Below, in pieces: positions 29,135-37,669 of a DNA stretch of 45,995 nucleotides. Position 1 is the stretch's first letter; each line of letters opens with the position of its first letter. The position numbers were made by a program, and so were the translations under genes. Source of the DNA: Patescibacteria group bacterium (GTDB lineage: Bacteria; Patescibacteriota; Minisyncoccia; Phycocordibacterales; PALSA-1337); the NCBI GenBank assembly GCA_028865095.1, contig JAGWLA010000005.1, positions 1-45,995 on the forward strand. The letters are read 5' to 3'. The notes beneath the pieces are model-generated. The model was not told where the DNA came from. It saw only the letters and a list, made by a program, of their open reading frames with translations, and did no database searches.

Positions 29135-30411
29135 ATCAGGACCAGCCCATCATCGAAGCGGCGCATGTCGGGAAGCGCTATGACATCATCCACCAGCGCG
29201 GGCGCTATGTCTCCTTGCGCGACGTCATGATGAACATCGTCCGATCGCCTTTCAAGATCCTCTCCACTAAAGTCAGGCGCGCTGCAGGCATAGAGAAGCG
29301 GGAAGAGTTCTGGGCCCTTAGAGACGTCAGCTTCTCGATCGGGCGCGGCGAGGTGGTAGGCATCATCGGGCGCAACGGTGCAGGCAAATCGACGCTGCTC
29401 AAGATCCTCTCCCAGATCACACCCCCTACGACAGGAGAGATCGCCATCCGCGGAAAGATTGGTTCTCTTCTCGAGGTCGGCACAGGCTTCCATCCGGAGC
29501 TGACCGGCCGCGAAAACATCTTCTTGAATGGAGCGATTCTGGGCATGGCGCGGCGCGAGATCGCCCGTAAATTCGACGAGATCGTCACGTTCGCCGGCGT
29601 CGAGAAGTTCCTGGATACCCCAGTCAAGCATTATTCGAGCGGCATGTATGTGCGCTTGGCTTTCTCGGTCGCGGCGCACATGGAACCGGACATCCTCATC
29701 GTCGACGAAGTGCTGGCGGTCGGCGATGCCGAATTCCAGAAGAGATGCCTCGGGAAGATGGATGAGATAACGAAGAAAGACGGGAGGACGATCCTGTTCG
29801 TCAGCCATAATATGGGAGCCATCAGAGAGCTCTGCAAGAAGACCATCCTCATGGAAAACGGCCGTATCAAGGATGTCGGTCCCACCGAGAAAGTCATCGA
29901 CGGATATCTCGGACTCGATCCTGCGGCATCTCCCGCCAAAGCGGCAGCCGTGAGGTTCGACGACGACCCGGCGAAGCAGTTCCAGATCGGCTCGATATCG
30001 GTGAGAGCCGCCGCCGACGGCATGCCCCGGTCGTCGCTGCCGATCGAAGAGCAGTTCTTCATCGATATCGAATGCGTGATACGGGATACGATCGACAGCG
30101 TCTGCCTTATCATCGTCTTTTCCAACGACGAAGGCCGTCAGGTCGCCAATTTCATGGAGCTCGACTCCGATCCGCGCGCCTTGGCGGAAAGGAAGCCCGG
30201 GACATACCGCGTCCGCGCCGCCATCCCAGGCATATTCAATATCGGCTCATTCGGCACGCGCGTCATCGTCGAACGCGGCGACGAAGTGCTGGACTCCGTC
30301 GACGGGCCGCTCATACGCATCGTCGACAATAAGCCCCGCTCCTATCGGATGGAGCTCCGACGGGCGCCGCTCATCCCGAAGGCGGTCTGGACGACCGATA
30401 TCGCGGCATAA
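29131..30411 (+). CDS. wzt: Polysaccharide ABC exporter ATPase with C-terminal Wzt_C domain
   Basis: GRNGAGKST, GFHPELTGREN, YSSGMYVRLAF, IVDEVLAVGD and VSH motifs; about 150 aa C-terminal extension. Confidence 0.93.
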   Translation: MNQDQPIIEAAHVGKRYDIIHQRGRYVSLRDVMMNIVRSPFKILSTKVRRAAGIEKREEFWALRDVSFSIGRGEVVGIIGRNGAGKSTLLKILSQITPPTTGEIAIRGKIGSLLEVGTGFHPELTGRENIFLNGAILGMARREIARKFDEIVTFAGVEKFLDTPVKHYSSGMYVRLAFSVAAHMEPDILIVDEVLAVGDAEFQKRCLGKMDEITKKDGRTILFVSHNMGAIRELCKKTILMENGRIKDVGPTEKVIDGYLGLDPAASPAKAAAVRFDDDPAKQFQIGSISVRAAADGMPRSSLPIEEQFFIDIECVIRDTIDSVCLIIVFSNDEGRQVANFMELDSDPRALAERKPGTYRVRAAIPGIFNIGSFGTRVIVERGDEVLDSVDGPLIRIVDNKPRSYRMELRRAPLIPKAVWTTDIAA

Positions 30412-30416
30412 TCCCC

Positions 30417-31208
30417 ATGCTCGCAAGCTTCGCATTCTTAAAGCGCGTAGCGGCGAATCCCGGGATCGGGAAGATCCGCACCATCGTGGAGATCGGCGCG
30501 AACAAATGCACAGAGAGCCTCGATTTCTTCGATTCATTCCCTGATGCCGATATCTATCCGTTCGAGTGCAATCCTGACACCATCCCGATCTGCAGGGACG
30601 CGATCAAGGGCAAGGCGCGGATCCATCTGATAGAGAAAGCCGCGAGCGACCGGGATGGGACGATCGATTTCTTCCCCATCGATACAGCCCATGCTGCGAC
30701 GATCCATGAGGATGGAAACACCGGCGCCTCGTCCCTCTTCCTCCGCAATGACGACAACGGGGTCACCCGCGAACGGCTCCCCCAGAGACAAGTGACTGTG
30801 GGATCGATTGCTCTGGAGACCTTCATGCGCGAGCATGAGCTCGGCTCGATCGACATGCTCTGGCTCGATGCCCAAGGGGCGGAGCTCATGATCCTGAAAG
30901 GCCTTGGCCCGCGCATCGGCGACGTAAAACTCATCCAATGCGAGACCGAGTTCGTCGAAGAATACTCCAGGCAGCCACTCTATCCCGAGATACGCTCGTT
31001 CATGGAGCGGCATGGCTTCGTCTTCTGCGGATTCTCGTCGGAATGGTATCCGCATGCCGCCGATTCAATCTTCATCCGGCGCGACATCTTCGAAGCCATG
31101 CCGCTCCTGGCGAAGATATTCTTCCGGTTCTTCGCAGCGCTGCCGGTCGGACCGGCATGGTCGCGAAAGATGACATACCGGATGCGCCGCTGGTACGCCG
31201 GGGTATAA
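30417..31208 (+). CDS. FkbM-family methyltransferase
   Basis: IVEIGAN, PFECNP, GASSL and IDMLWLDAQGAELMILKG motifs. Confidence 0.87.
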   Translation: MLASFAFLKRVAANPGIGKIRTIVEIGANKCTESLDFFDSFPDADIYPFECNPDTIPICRDAIKGKARIHLIEKAASDRDGTIDFFPIDTAHAATIHEDGNTGASSLFLRNDDNGVTRERLPQRQVTVGSIALETFMREHELGSIDMLWLDAQGAELMILKGLGPRIGDVKLIQCETEFVEEYSRQPLYPEIRSFMERHGFVFCGFSSEWYPHAADSIFIRRDIFEAMPLLAKIFFRFFAALPVGPAWSRKMTYRMRRWYAGV

Positions 31209-31217
31209 TAGAATCCC

Positions 31218-32201
31218 ATGAGAAGGATCTACATCACTTTCAGCGGCTCTGTATACGACAAGACGACCAAGCTTATTGTCCGCGACGGCCCACGCCTGGG
31301 AGCGGACGAGGTATGGGTATATGACGATGTGTGGCTCACAATGCAAGAATTCTATTCCCATAACCATTGGCTATGGGAGCATCATCACAAACGAGGCTTC
31401 GGCTGGTACGCATGGAAGCCGTTCATCATTCTCGACGCGCTTTCCCGTCTTGAAGAAGGCGACATCGTCCTCTATACCGATGCGGACACATATCCCATCC
31501 GCGACCTCTCCGCGCTTTACGACCGATGCGCCCGCGACGGCATCATGCTTTTCGAGTCTTCGGGCGAACCCCATGTCAAGTGGTGCAAACGGGATTGTTA
31601 TATCGTCATGGGGCAGGATGAGGAAAAGTATCACGGAGGGCAACACGGCGTAGCCCGCTTCATGGCATTCCAAAAAGGCCGATGGAGGCCGTACCAGTTC
31701 CTTATGGAATGGCTCGCTTACTGCGTCAATCCCCTGGCGACCACCTTCGATCCGAGCGTCCTGGGCAAACCGGAATTGCCCGGCTTCGTCGAGCATCGGA
31801 CCGAACAGGCGATCATGACGAACCTGGCGCATAAGTATGGCTACCGGCTGCACCGTGAAGCGGACCAGGCCGGCGAGGGAAGGACGAACGACCGCGACCT
31901 GTATGACCAGCTCTTCATCCAAAAAGATGACTGGGTCAAGAAGACGGGAAGGAATATGACGGCGCCCGTCGAGGGGAGCGCTTACCGGAACATACCTGGA
32001 TTCAAGGCCGAAGGGAACGCCTCCCAAAAAGACGTGGCTTCGGGGAGACGAAGAGACCTCGGGTCCCGCCTGATCGCCATAAGGAATATCGCCATCGTCA
32101 AGACCCGCAGAACTCTCATGAAGGCGGCCTTCCGCATCACTCCCCGGCCGGTCAAGACATTCATCAAGAGGCGGATGGGCCGTCTAAAGCGATCGGTTTA
32201 A
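31218..32201 (+). CDS. Putative glycosyltransferase-like protein
   Basis: G.YAWKPFII, LYTDAD (DxD) and FVEHRTEQAI motifs; glycan-locus context. Confidence 0.6.
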   Translation: MRRIYITFSGSVYDKTTKLIVRDGPRLGADEVWVYDDVWLTMQEFYSHNHWLWEHHHKRGFGWYAWKPFIILDALSRLEEGDIVLYTDADTYPIRDLSALYDRCARDGIMLFESSGEPHVKWCKRDCYIVMGQDEEKYHGGQHGVARFMAFQKGRWRPYQFLMEWLAYCVNPLATTFDPSVLGKPELPGFVEHRTEQAIMTNLAHKYGYRLHREADQAGEGRTNDRDLYDQLFIQKDDWVKKTGRNMTAPVEGSAYRNIPGFKAEGNASQKDVASGRRRDLGSRLIAIRNIAIVKTRRTLMKAAFRITPRPVKTFIKRRMGRLKRSV

Positions 32202-32203
32202 AC

Positions 32204-32226
32204 AAAAAAGGAGGGTAGACCCTCCT
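32204..32226 (-). terminator. Rho-independent terminator of the SDR gene
   Basis: aggagggt-ag-accctcct stem followed by a T-run on the minus strand. Confidence 0.65.
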
Positions 32227-32255
32227 CGACAGCGGCGTTATCGGACATGCGCGCA

Positions 32256-32984
32256 TCACGGGCTCTTGGCCGGCTCGGTCCGGCGCAAGAAGCCCCATCC
32301 ATCGTCTCCACTGGCCGCATCCCGCCAGGGATCCCATTGGGCAGCGATGAGACGGCCCCTCAAGCGGGACCCTTCGGGTCCGAGCAGGAATTCGACAAGC
32401 TCGAGCACTGCGGGCAACCCCTTAGTGTCGAACTTGAGCGCCTTTGCATATTCCTCGTCTCCTGCCAATCTGGGACCGGCGGCGATGACCTCAGCCGACA
32501 TCTTGGTCCTCACAGCCCCGGGAGCGATGACGAAGAAATCCTCCCCAGGATGCTCGTTAGCCAATACCTCCGCTAGCCTGACCACGCCGGCTTTCGCAGA
32601 AGCATAGGCAGAGAAATTCGGCCTCGGCTTCGTCGCGCCGCCACCCCCGAATAATATGACCTTCGGCCTCTTCGATCCCGATAACAACGCATGGAAGGCG
32701 CGCCAGACATAGAATGGGCCTTTAAGGTCCACATCGATGGTCTTGGACCATTCTCTGGGATCGACCACGCTTGATGGACCGATCGATCCTTGGATGCCGG
32801 CGCAATGTATCAGAGCATCGATATGGGATATATCGAGCCGTGAAGCCCAGCGTTCGAGAGCTCCATAATCCGAGACATCGCACAAAACGTGCGGAAGCTC
32901 AAGGATATGATGCCCCTTCTGTGACAGGCTTTCGGCGAGATAACGGCCGATGCCAGAACCGGTTCCGGTGATTAATATATTCAT
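32256..32984 (-). CDS. SDR-family oxidoreductase
   Basis: ITGTGSGIG, HCAG, YASAK (YxxxK) and IAPGAVRT motifs. Confidence 0.9.
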   Translation of the reverse strand: MNILITGTGSGIGRYLAESLSQKGHHILELPHVLCDVSDYGALERWASRLDISHIDALIHCAGIQGSIGPSSVVDPREWSKTIDVDLKGPFYVWRAFHALLSGSKRPKVILFGGGGATKPRPNFSAYASAKAGVVRLAEVLANEHPGEDFFVIAPGAVRTKMSAEVIAAGPRLAGDEEYAKALKFDTKGLPAVLELVEFLLGPEGSRLRGRLIAAQWDPWRDAASGDDGWGFLRRTEPAKSP

Positions 32985-33059
32985 AAGTCAAATGTTCGAA
33001 TCGCTTGATAGGAAACTACCACTGCAAGGGAATTTGTCAATCTCCCTCACCGGCCTTCT

Positions 33060-34112
33060 TCACCGTCCGTCGAGCCTCTTTTTCCATCCTAACGCGCGAT
33101 AATGGTCGAAATATATCTCGGTAGGCGAAATAGGGATCGCCGGTTTCCCTTCCAGGATCTCATGGATGCTCACCGCTCTGGCTTCGGCGGTATTGATGAT
33201 GAGCTTCTTGGGGCTTGTCGGCTCCTTTTCGCGCCTCTTGAAGCTGACGACCACCCCATCTTCAGCGGCTTTCCGAAGCTCATCGGCCGTACCGTCCACA
33301 TAGTATCCTGATACCTGTATAGCAGGGGCCTTTCGGAAGCTTTCGAGCGATGCTTTGATGCCGCCGCCCCGTGCCGGATGGAAATACTCGTCGACATCGC
33401 AGGCGAGCAACCATTCTGTCTCATGGGCAAATCTGTAAATAGCGTGGTGTATCTGCGATATCTGCGTGTAAAAATGGGCGTCTTCGGGCCAGAACGGCTT
33501 GAGCCTGTAATCATACAGCCGATAAGGGTAAGGCCAGGGGATATATGTCACCAGGCCTTCCTGGACATACCTACCGACGGCTTCTCTTATGGGGGAAGAC
33601 CCGCCAGCGGCGTTATTGTCATATATATAGAAATGCTCGACCCCGATCTTCGAATGATGCTCTATCCATTCCGGCACGAATGCCGCCTCATATTTTATCA
33701 ACGTCGTTATCGACAGAAGGTGCTTTTTGGGTGGGATACGGATGTTCCGAACCAAACCTTCATAGATCGGCTTGCCTTTCCTTCTGATCGACAGGCCGAG
33801 CACGGGTGCCTCTTCCATATGCTCCGGTATCGGATAGAGGGCTATGAGGCAGCTGCTTTCCGGCTCTTCCACGAAAGAGACCGGCACGGCTCTCGCTTCG
33901 GAGCCGTCGAAGGAACATGCCGAACCGAGAAAGGCATTCTTCGAGAAGTAGGGGGCGATGGCGCATACAGAACGCCCTTTCGCAGTGATGAACACATCGA
34001 ATATCACGGGCCCTGCGGAAAGGTTGCGCACCAGCCTCGGTATCTTCATGCCTACCACGAAATATCGGCTATAGAGGATGCGGCGGTATATTTTCCGGAT
34101 GGATGAGAACAT
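33060..34112 (-). CDS. GT92/DUF23-like (GT-A fold) glycosyltransferase
   Basis: IKYEAAFVPEWIEHH..IGVEHFYIYDN and WLLACDVDEYF motifs. Confidence 0.75.
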   Translation of the reverse strand: MFSSIRKIYRRILYSRYFVVGMKIPRLVRNLSAGPVIFDVFITAKGRSVCAIAPYFSKNAFLGSACSFDGSEARAVPVSFVEEPESSCLIALYPIPEHMEEAPVLGLSIRRKGKPIYEGLVRNIRIPPKKHLLSITTLIKYEAAFVPEWIEHHSKIGVEHFYIYDNNAAGGSSPIREAVGRYVQEGLVTYIPWPYPYRLYDYRLKPFWPEDAHFYTQISQIHHAIYRFAHETEWLLACDVDEYFHPARGGGIKASLESFRKAPAIQVSGYYVDGTADELRKAAEDGVVVSFKRREKEPTSPKKLIINTAEARAVSIHEILEGKPAIPISPTEIYFDHYRALGWKKRLDGR

Positions 34113-34141
34113 GGTAGTATTTGCCTTACATTGTATCAGAC

Positions 34142-34927
34142 ATGGAGAAAAGCGGATTCTCAAAGCTGAAGAGCTGGCTAGCCCAATATTCTATCGCCCG
34201 GGGCATCTATTTTTCGGCGCTATGGATAGCGCACCTGCCCGGCTTCATCAAAGACTATGCGGCATTCCGCAGCATGGCGAGAGGTAGACGCCGGTTCACC
34301 ATGAAAGCCACGGATATCTTCCCGAAGTTGCTCGATGATACCGGGTCTACCGGTTTCGATCCTCATTACGTATATCATCCGGCCTGGGCGGCCCGCATCA
34401 TAGCGGAGCGGAAACCGGCGAAACACGTCGACATATCTTCATTCTTGCAGTTCAGCACGCTCGTTTCCGCTTTCATCCCGGTAGAATTCTATGATTACAG
34501 GCCCGCTGACGTGCGGCTTCCCGGGCTTACAAGCAGAAGGGGCGACCTCATGTCTCTCCCCTTCCCAGACGACAGCGTCGAGTCGATATCCTGCATGCAT
34601 ACCGTGGAGCATGTAGGGCTAGGAAGATACGGGGACAGGATAGACCCGGATGGAGACGTCAAGGCGGCCCGGGAACTAGCGCGAGTGGTCAAGCCGGGCG
34701 GCACTCTCATATTCGTGACACCGGTCGGCCAGCCGAAGATATGCTTCAACGCCCATAGGATATATTCATACGAGCAAGTGCTGGGCATGTTCGGAGGATT
34801 GGAGCTCCGAGAATTCTCCATGGTGCCGGACGACTTCAGGAGATACGGCCTGATCAAAGACGCGGATCCGGCGATGATCAAGGATCAATCGTATGCATGC
34901 GGCTGTTTTTGGTTCACCAAACGATGA
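34142..34927 (+). CDS. DUF268-type SAM-dependent methyltransferase
   Basis: FDPHYVYHPAWAAR, HVDISS, SCMHTVEHVGLGRYGD..DP.GD and FNAHRIY motifs. Confidence 0.82.
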   Translation: MEKSGFSKLKSWLAQYSIARGIYFSALWIAHLPGFIKDYAAFRSMARGRRRFTMKATDIFPKLLDDTGSTGFDPHYVYHPAWAARIIAERKPAKHVDISSFLQFSTLVSAFIPVEFYDYRPADVRLPGLTSRRGDLMSLPFPDDSVESISCMHTVEHVGLGRYGDRIDPDGDVKAARELARVVKPGGTLIFVTPVGQPKICFNAHRIYSYEQVLGMFGGLELREFSMVPDDFRRYGLIKDADPAMIKDQSYACGCFWFTKR

Positions 34928-35844
34928 AAGAGGCGGCAGACCAAAACGTGCCTCCCGTCCTGCTCATGCTCTTCAACAGGGCCGATACCACGCGCAAAGT
35001 GTTCGAGACGGTCAGGGCGGCAAGGCCATCCAAGCTATTCATAGCGGCTAACGGCCCCCGCCCAAACATGGCTTCCGATATCGACAAGTGCCGGGCTGTG
35101 CGCGAGATATTCAGCGGCATAGACTGGGAGTGCGACGTGCATACCAATTTCCGGGAGAAGAACATCGGCATGCAGCCGCATTGGCGGCTAGCGCTGGACT
35201 GGTTCTTCGAAGGGGCGGATGCTGGCATCATCCTCGAGGATGATTGCGTGCCGCATCCGTCTTTCTTCGGCTATTGCGGCGAGCTCCTGAAACGCTACAA
35301 GGATGAGCCGCGCATTATGCATATCAACGGTTCGAATTTCCAGTTCGGCATTCCAAGAGGCGATGCCAGCTATTATTTCTCGCGTTACCCTCACGTATGG
35401 GGATGGGCCACCTGGAAGAGGGCGTGGCAGGGATATGACGACAGCCTCTCCACCTTCCCGAGATTCGAGAAGGACGATGACATCGGCGAGATGGTCTCCG
35501 ATCGCAGGCAGAGGGATTATTGGATGAAGTTCTTCAGGGGCCTTCGGGATGGCAGATATGACACCTGCGATGCCAAGTGGATATATTCGATATGGGCCAA
35601 TGACGGCCTCTGCATAACGCCTAACACAAACCTGATCGAGAACATCGGCTATGGCGCTCAAGCCACGCACACGTTCCATAAGGATCGGATACTCGGGCAG
35701 AGCGCGCGGGACATAAGGCCGATCAGTCATCCTGCCCCGGTCTATACGGCCGACCGCGCTGCGGACGATCGCACTTTCGAGGTTTATTTCAAGAAGAACC
35801 TCCTACAAAAAGCCCTCTATAAGATAAGGCAGCATCTCTCATGA
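34924..35844 (+). CDS. Nucleotide-diphospho-sugar transferase (GT-A, HlpA-like)
   Basis: FNR, LDWFF...GIILEDDC, HVWGWATWKRAW and PNTNLIENIGYG motifs. Confidence 0.82.
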   Translation: MKEAADQNVPPVLLMLFNRADTTRKVFETVRAARPSKLFIAANGPRPNMASDIDKCRAVREIFSGIDWECDVHTNFREKNIGMQPHWRLALDWFFEGADAGIILEDDCVPHPSFFGYCGELLKRYKDEPRIMHINGSNFQFGIPRGDASYYFSRYPHVWGWATWKRAWQGYDDSLSTFPRFEKDDDIGEMVSDRRQRDYWMKFFRGLRDGRYDTCDAKWIYSIWANDGLCITPNTNLIENIGYGAQATHTFHKDRILGQSARDIRPISHPAPVYTADRAADDRTFEVYFKKNLLQKALYKIRQHLS

Positions 35845-36719
35845 TCGTCGTCGCCATCAAAGCCGGCCTCGGCAACCAATTGTTCCAATATGCCTGCGGG
35901 CGGGCCCTCTCCCTACGCAACGGCGAGCCTATCAAGTTCGACATCACCAGTTATGCCAGGACCGTGAATTCAGATACGCCTCGACAATATCTCCTCGACC
36001 GATTCAATATAGCCGACGTGGCCTTCGCCGGAGAGGATGAGGTCCGCAGGCTCAAATATCCGCACGGCGGGCTTTCGATGCTCTATCGCCGCCTGCGCAC
36101 CAAGCTCGGCCTGCACAATGTGGGCTGGGTGCCTCGCATCCTCCGCGCGCGCGGAGACATATATCTCGACGGCTATTGGCAGACCGAGAAGTACTTCGCC
36201 GACCGGGCCGACGTCATCCGCGCGGAGCTCTCCTTGAAAGGGCCGCTCAGCCCTGCAGCGCAGGCGGTCGCGGACGATATCGGCGCAGGAAGCATGCCCG
36301 CCGTCTCCCTTCACGTCCGCCGCGGTGACGTGGCCCGCGACTGGAAGACCAATCCTTATGCCGGCATATGCACCCCCGCGTATTACGAAGCGGCCCTCGC
36401 CCGGATGAAGGACGAGCTCGCCAAGCGAGGGATATCCTCCTTCCGCGCCTTCGTCTTCTCTGACGGCATGGAATGGGCGAAGGAGAACATCCGCATCCCC
36501 TTCCCGACCGTCTACGTGCCTGATGAGGCGCCCGATTACGAGCAGCTCATCCTCATGTCCCGGTGCGCGCACCACATCATCGCCAACTCCTCGTTCAGCT
36601 GGTGGGGCGCATGGCTCGATCCCAAGCCGGACAAGATCGTCATAGCCCCCAAGCGGTGGATACAGAAGCACGGATATAGGCACAGAGACACGGTTCCTGA
36701 AAGCTGGATACGGATATAG
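35841..36719 (+). CDS. Alpha-1,2-fucosyltransferase (GT11)
   Basis: GLGNQLFQYA, YLDGYWQTEKYF, SLHVRRGD, FSD and IIANSSFSWWGAWL motifs. Confidence 0.93.
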   Translation: MIVVAIKAGLGNQLFQYACGRALSLRNGEPIKFDITSYARTVNSDTPRQYLLDRFNIADVAFAGEDEVRRLKYPHGGLSMLYRRLRTKLGLHNVGWVPRILRARGDIYLDGYWQTEKYFADRADVIRAELSLKGPLSPAAQAVADDIGAGSMPAVSLHVRRGDVARDWKTNPYAGICTPAYYEAALARMKDELAKRGISSFRAFVFSDGMEWAKENIRIPFPTVYVPDEAPDYEQLILMSRCAHHIIANSSFSWWGAWLDPKPDKIVIAPKRWIQKHGYRHRDTVPESWIRI

Positions 36720-36724
36720 CGGGA

Positions 36725-36847
36725 AGAGACGCGGGAGCGAGGCTTGAAGGACACTTCGCAGGCGATTTCCAGCAGGAAATCGCCGAGATGTAGCGCGGCC
36801 CCTGCAGGGGCCGACGCGCGTCCTGAAGGCCTCGCTCACGCGTCTCT
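36725..36847. repeat. Y-shaped palindromic intergenic element (MITE/REP-like or structured RNA)
   Basis: 28-bp terminal arms matching at 24/28 enclose hairpins ggcgatttcc-agca-ggaaatcgcc and cggcccc-tgca-ggggccg. Confidence 0.7.
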
Positions 36848-36874
36848 GACCGAGCCATATGCTACAATTCTGGC

Positions 36875-37645
36875 ATGGCTTCCCCCCGCATATCCGTCAT
36901 CATGCCCGCGTTCAACCGCGAAAGATACGTCGCCGAGAGCATGCGGAGCGTGCTGGCGCAGTCGTTCAAGGGCTTCGAGCTCATCGTCGTCGACGACGGG
37001 TCGACCGACCGCACCCTCGAGATCGCCCGGGAGATCGCCGCGACCGACCCGCGAGTGCGCATCGAGAGCAACAGCAAGAACCTCGGCATCGCCCGGACCC
37101 GCAACAAAGCCCTCGGCGTGGCGCAGGCCGAGTACGTCGCCCTCCTGGACAGCGACGACATCTGGGTCGACCGCGACAAGCTCGCCAAGCAGGCGGCGTT
37201 CCTCGACGCCCATCCCGACCATGCCTTGGTCGGCGGCGCCATCCGGCATATCGACCCCGACGGCAAAGCCCTCCGGGTCGCCGTCTTCCCCGAATCGGAC
37301 GCGAGCATCCGCAAGATCATCCTGCGCTTCAACCCGTTCGCCCAGTCGACCCTCATGTACCGGAAGGACGCCATCCTCGAAGCGGGAGGCTATAGCCCCG
37401 CCTATCAGGTATGCGACGACTATGCGCTCTGGCTCGCCGTCGGCAAGAAATATAAGTTCGCCAATTTCGGCGACATCTTCACCGGCTACCGCATCCACGG
37501 GAGCAACATCACCCGCACCAAGCGCCTCACCGCCGCCCGCGAGATATTCGAGATCGTCCGCGCGAACAGCGCCGCTTATCCGCGGCCGTGGATCGGCATC
37601 GCCAAAGCGTACGTCCGCTTGGTCGTGGCGTTCTTCAGGACATAA
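36875..37645 (+). CDS. Glycosyltransferase family 2
   Basis: ISVIMPAFN, VVDDGSTD, LLDSDD and DDYALWL motifs. Confidence 0.93.
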   Translation: MASPRISVIMPAFNRERYVAESMRSVLAQSFKGFELIVVDDGSTDRTLEIAREIAATDPRVRIESNSKNLGIARTRNKALGVAQAEYVALLDSDDIWVDRDKLAKQAAFLDAHPDHALVGGAIRHIDPDGKALRVAVFPESDASIRKIILRFNPFAQSTLMYRKDAILEAGGYSPAYQVCDDYALWLAVGKKYKFANFGDIFTGYRIHGSNITRTKRLTAAREIFEIVRANSAAYPRPWIGIAKAYVRLVVAFFRT

Positions 37646-37669
37646 GGCCGGCGCGCCGCGGGCGCTCGG

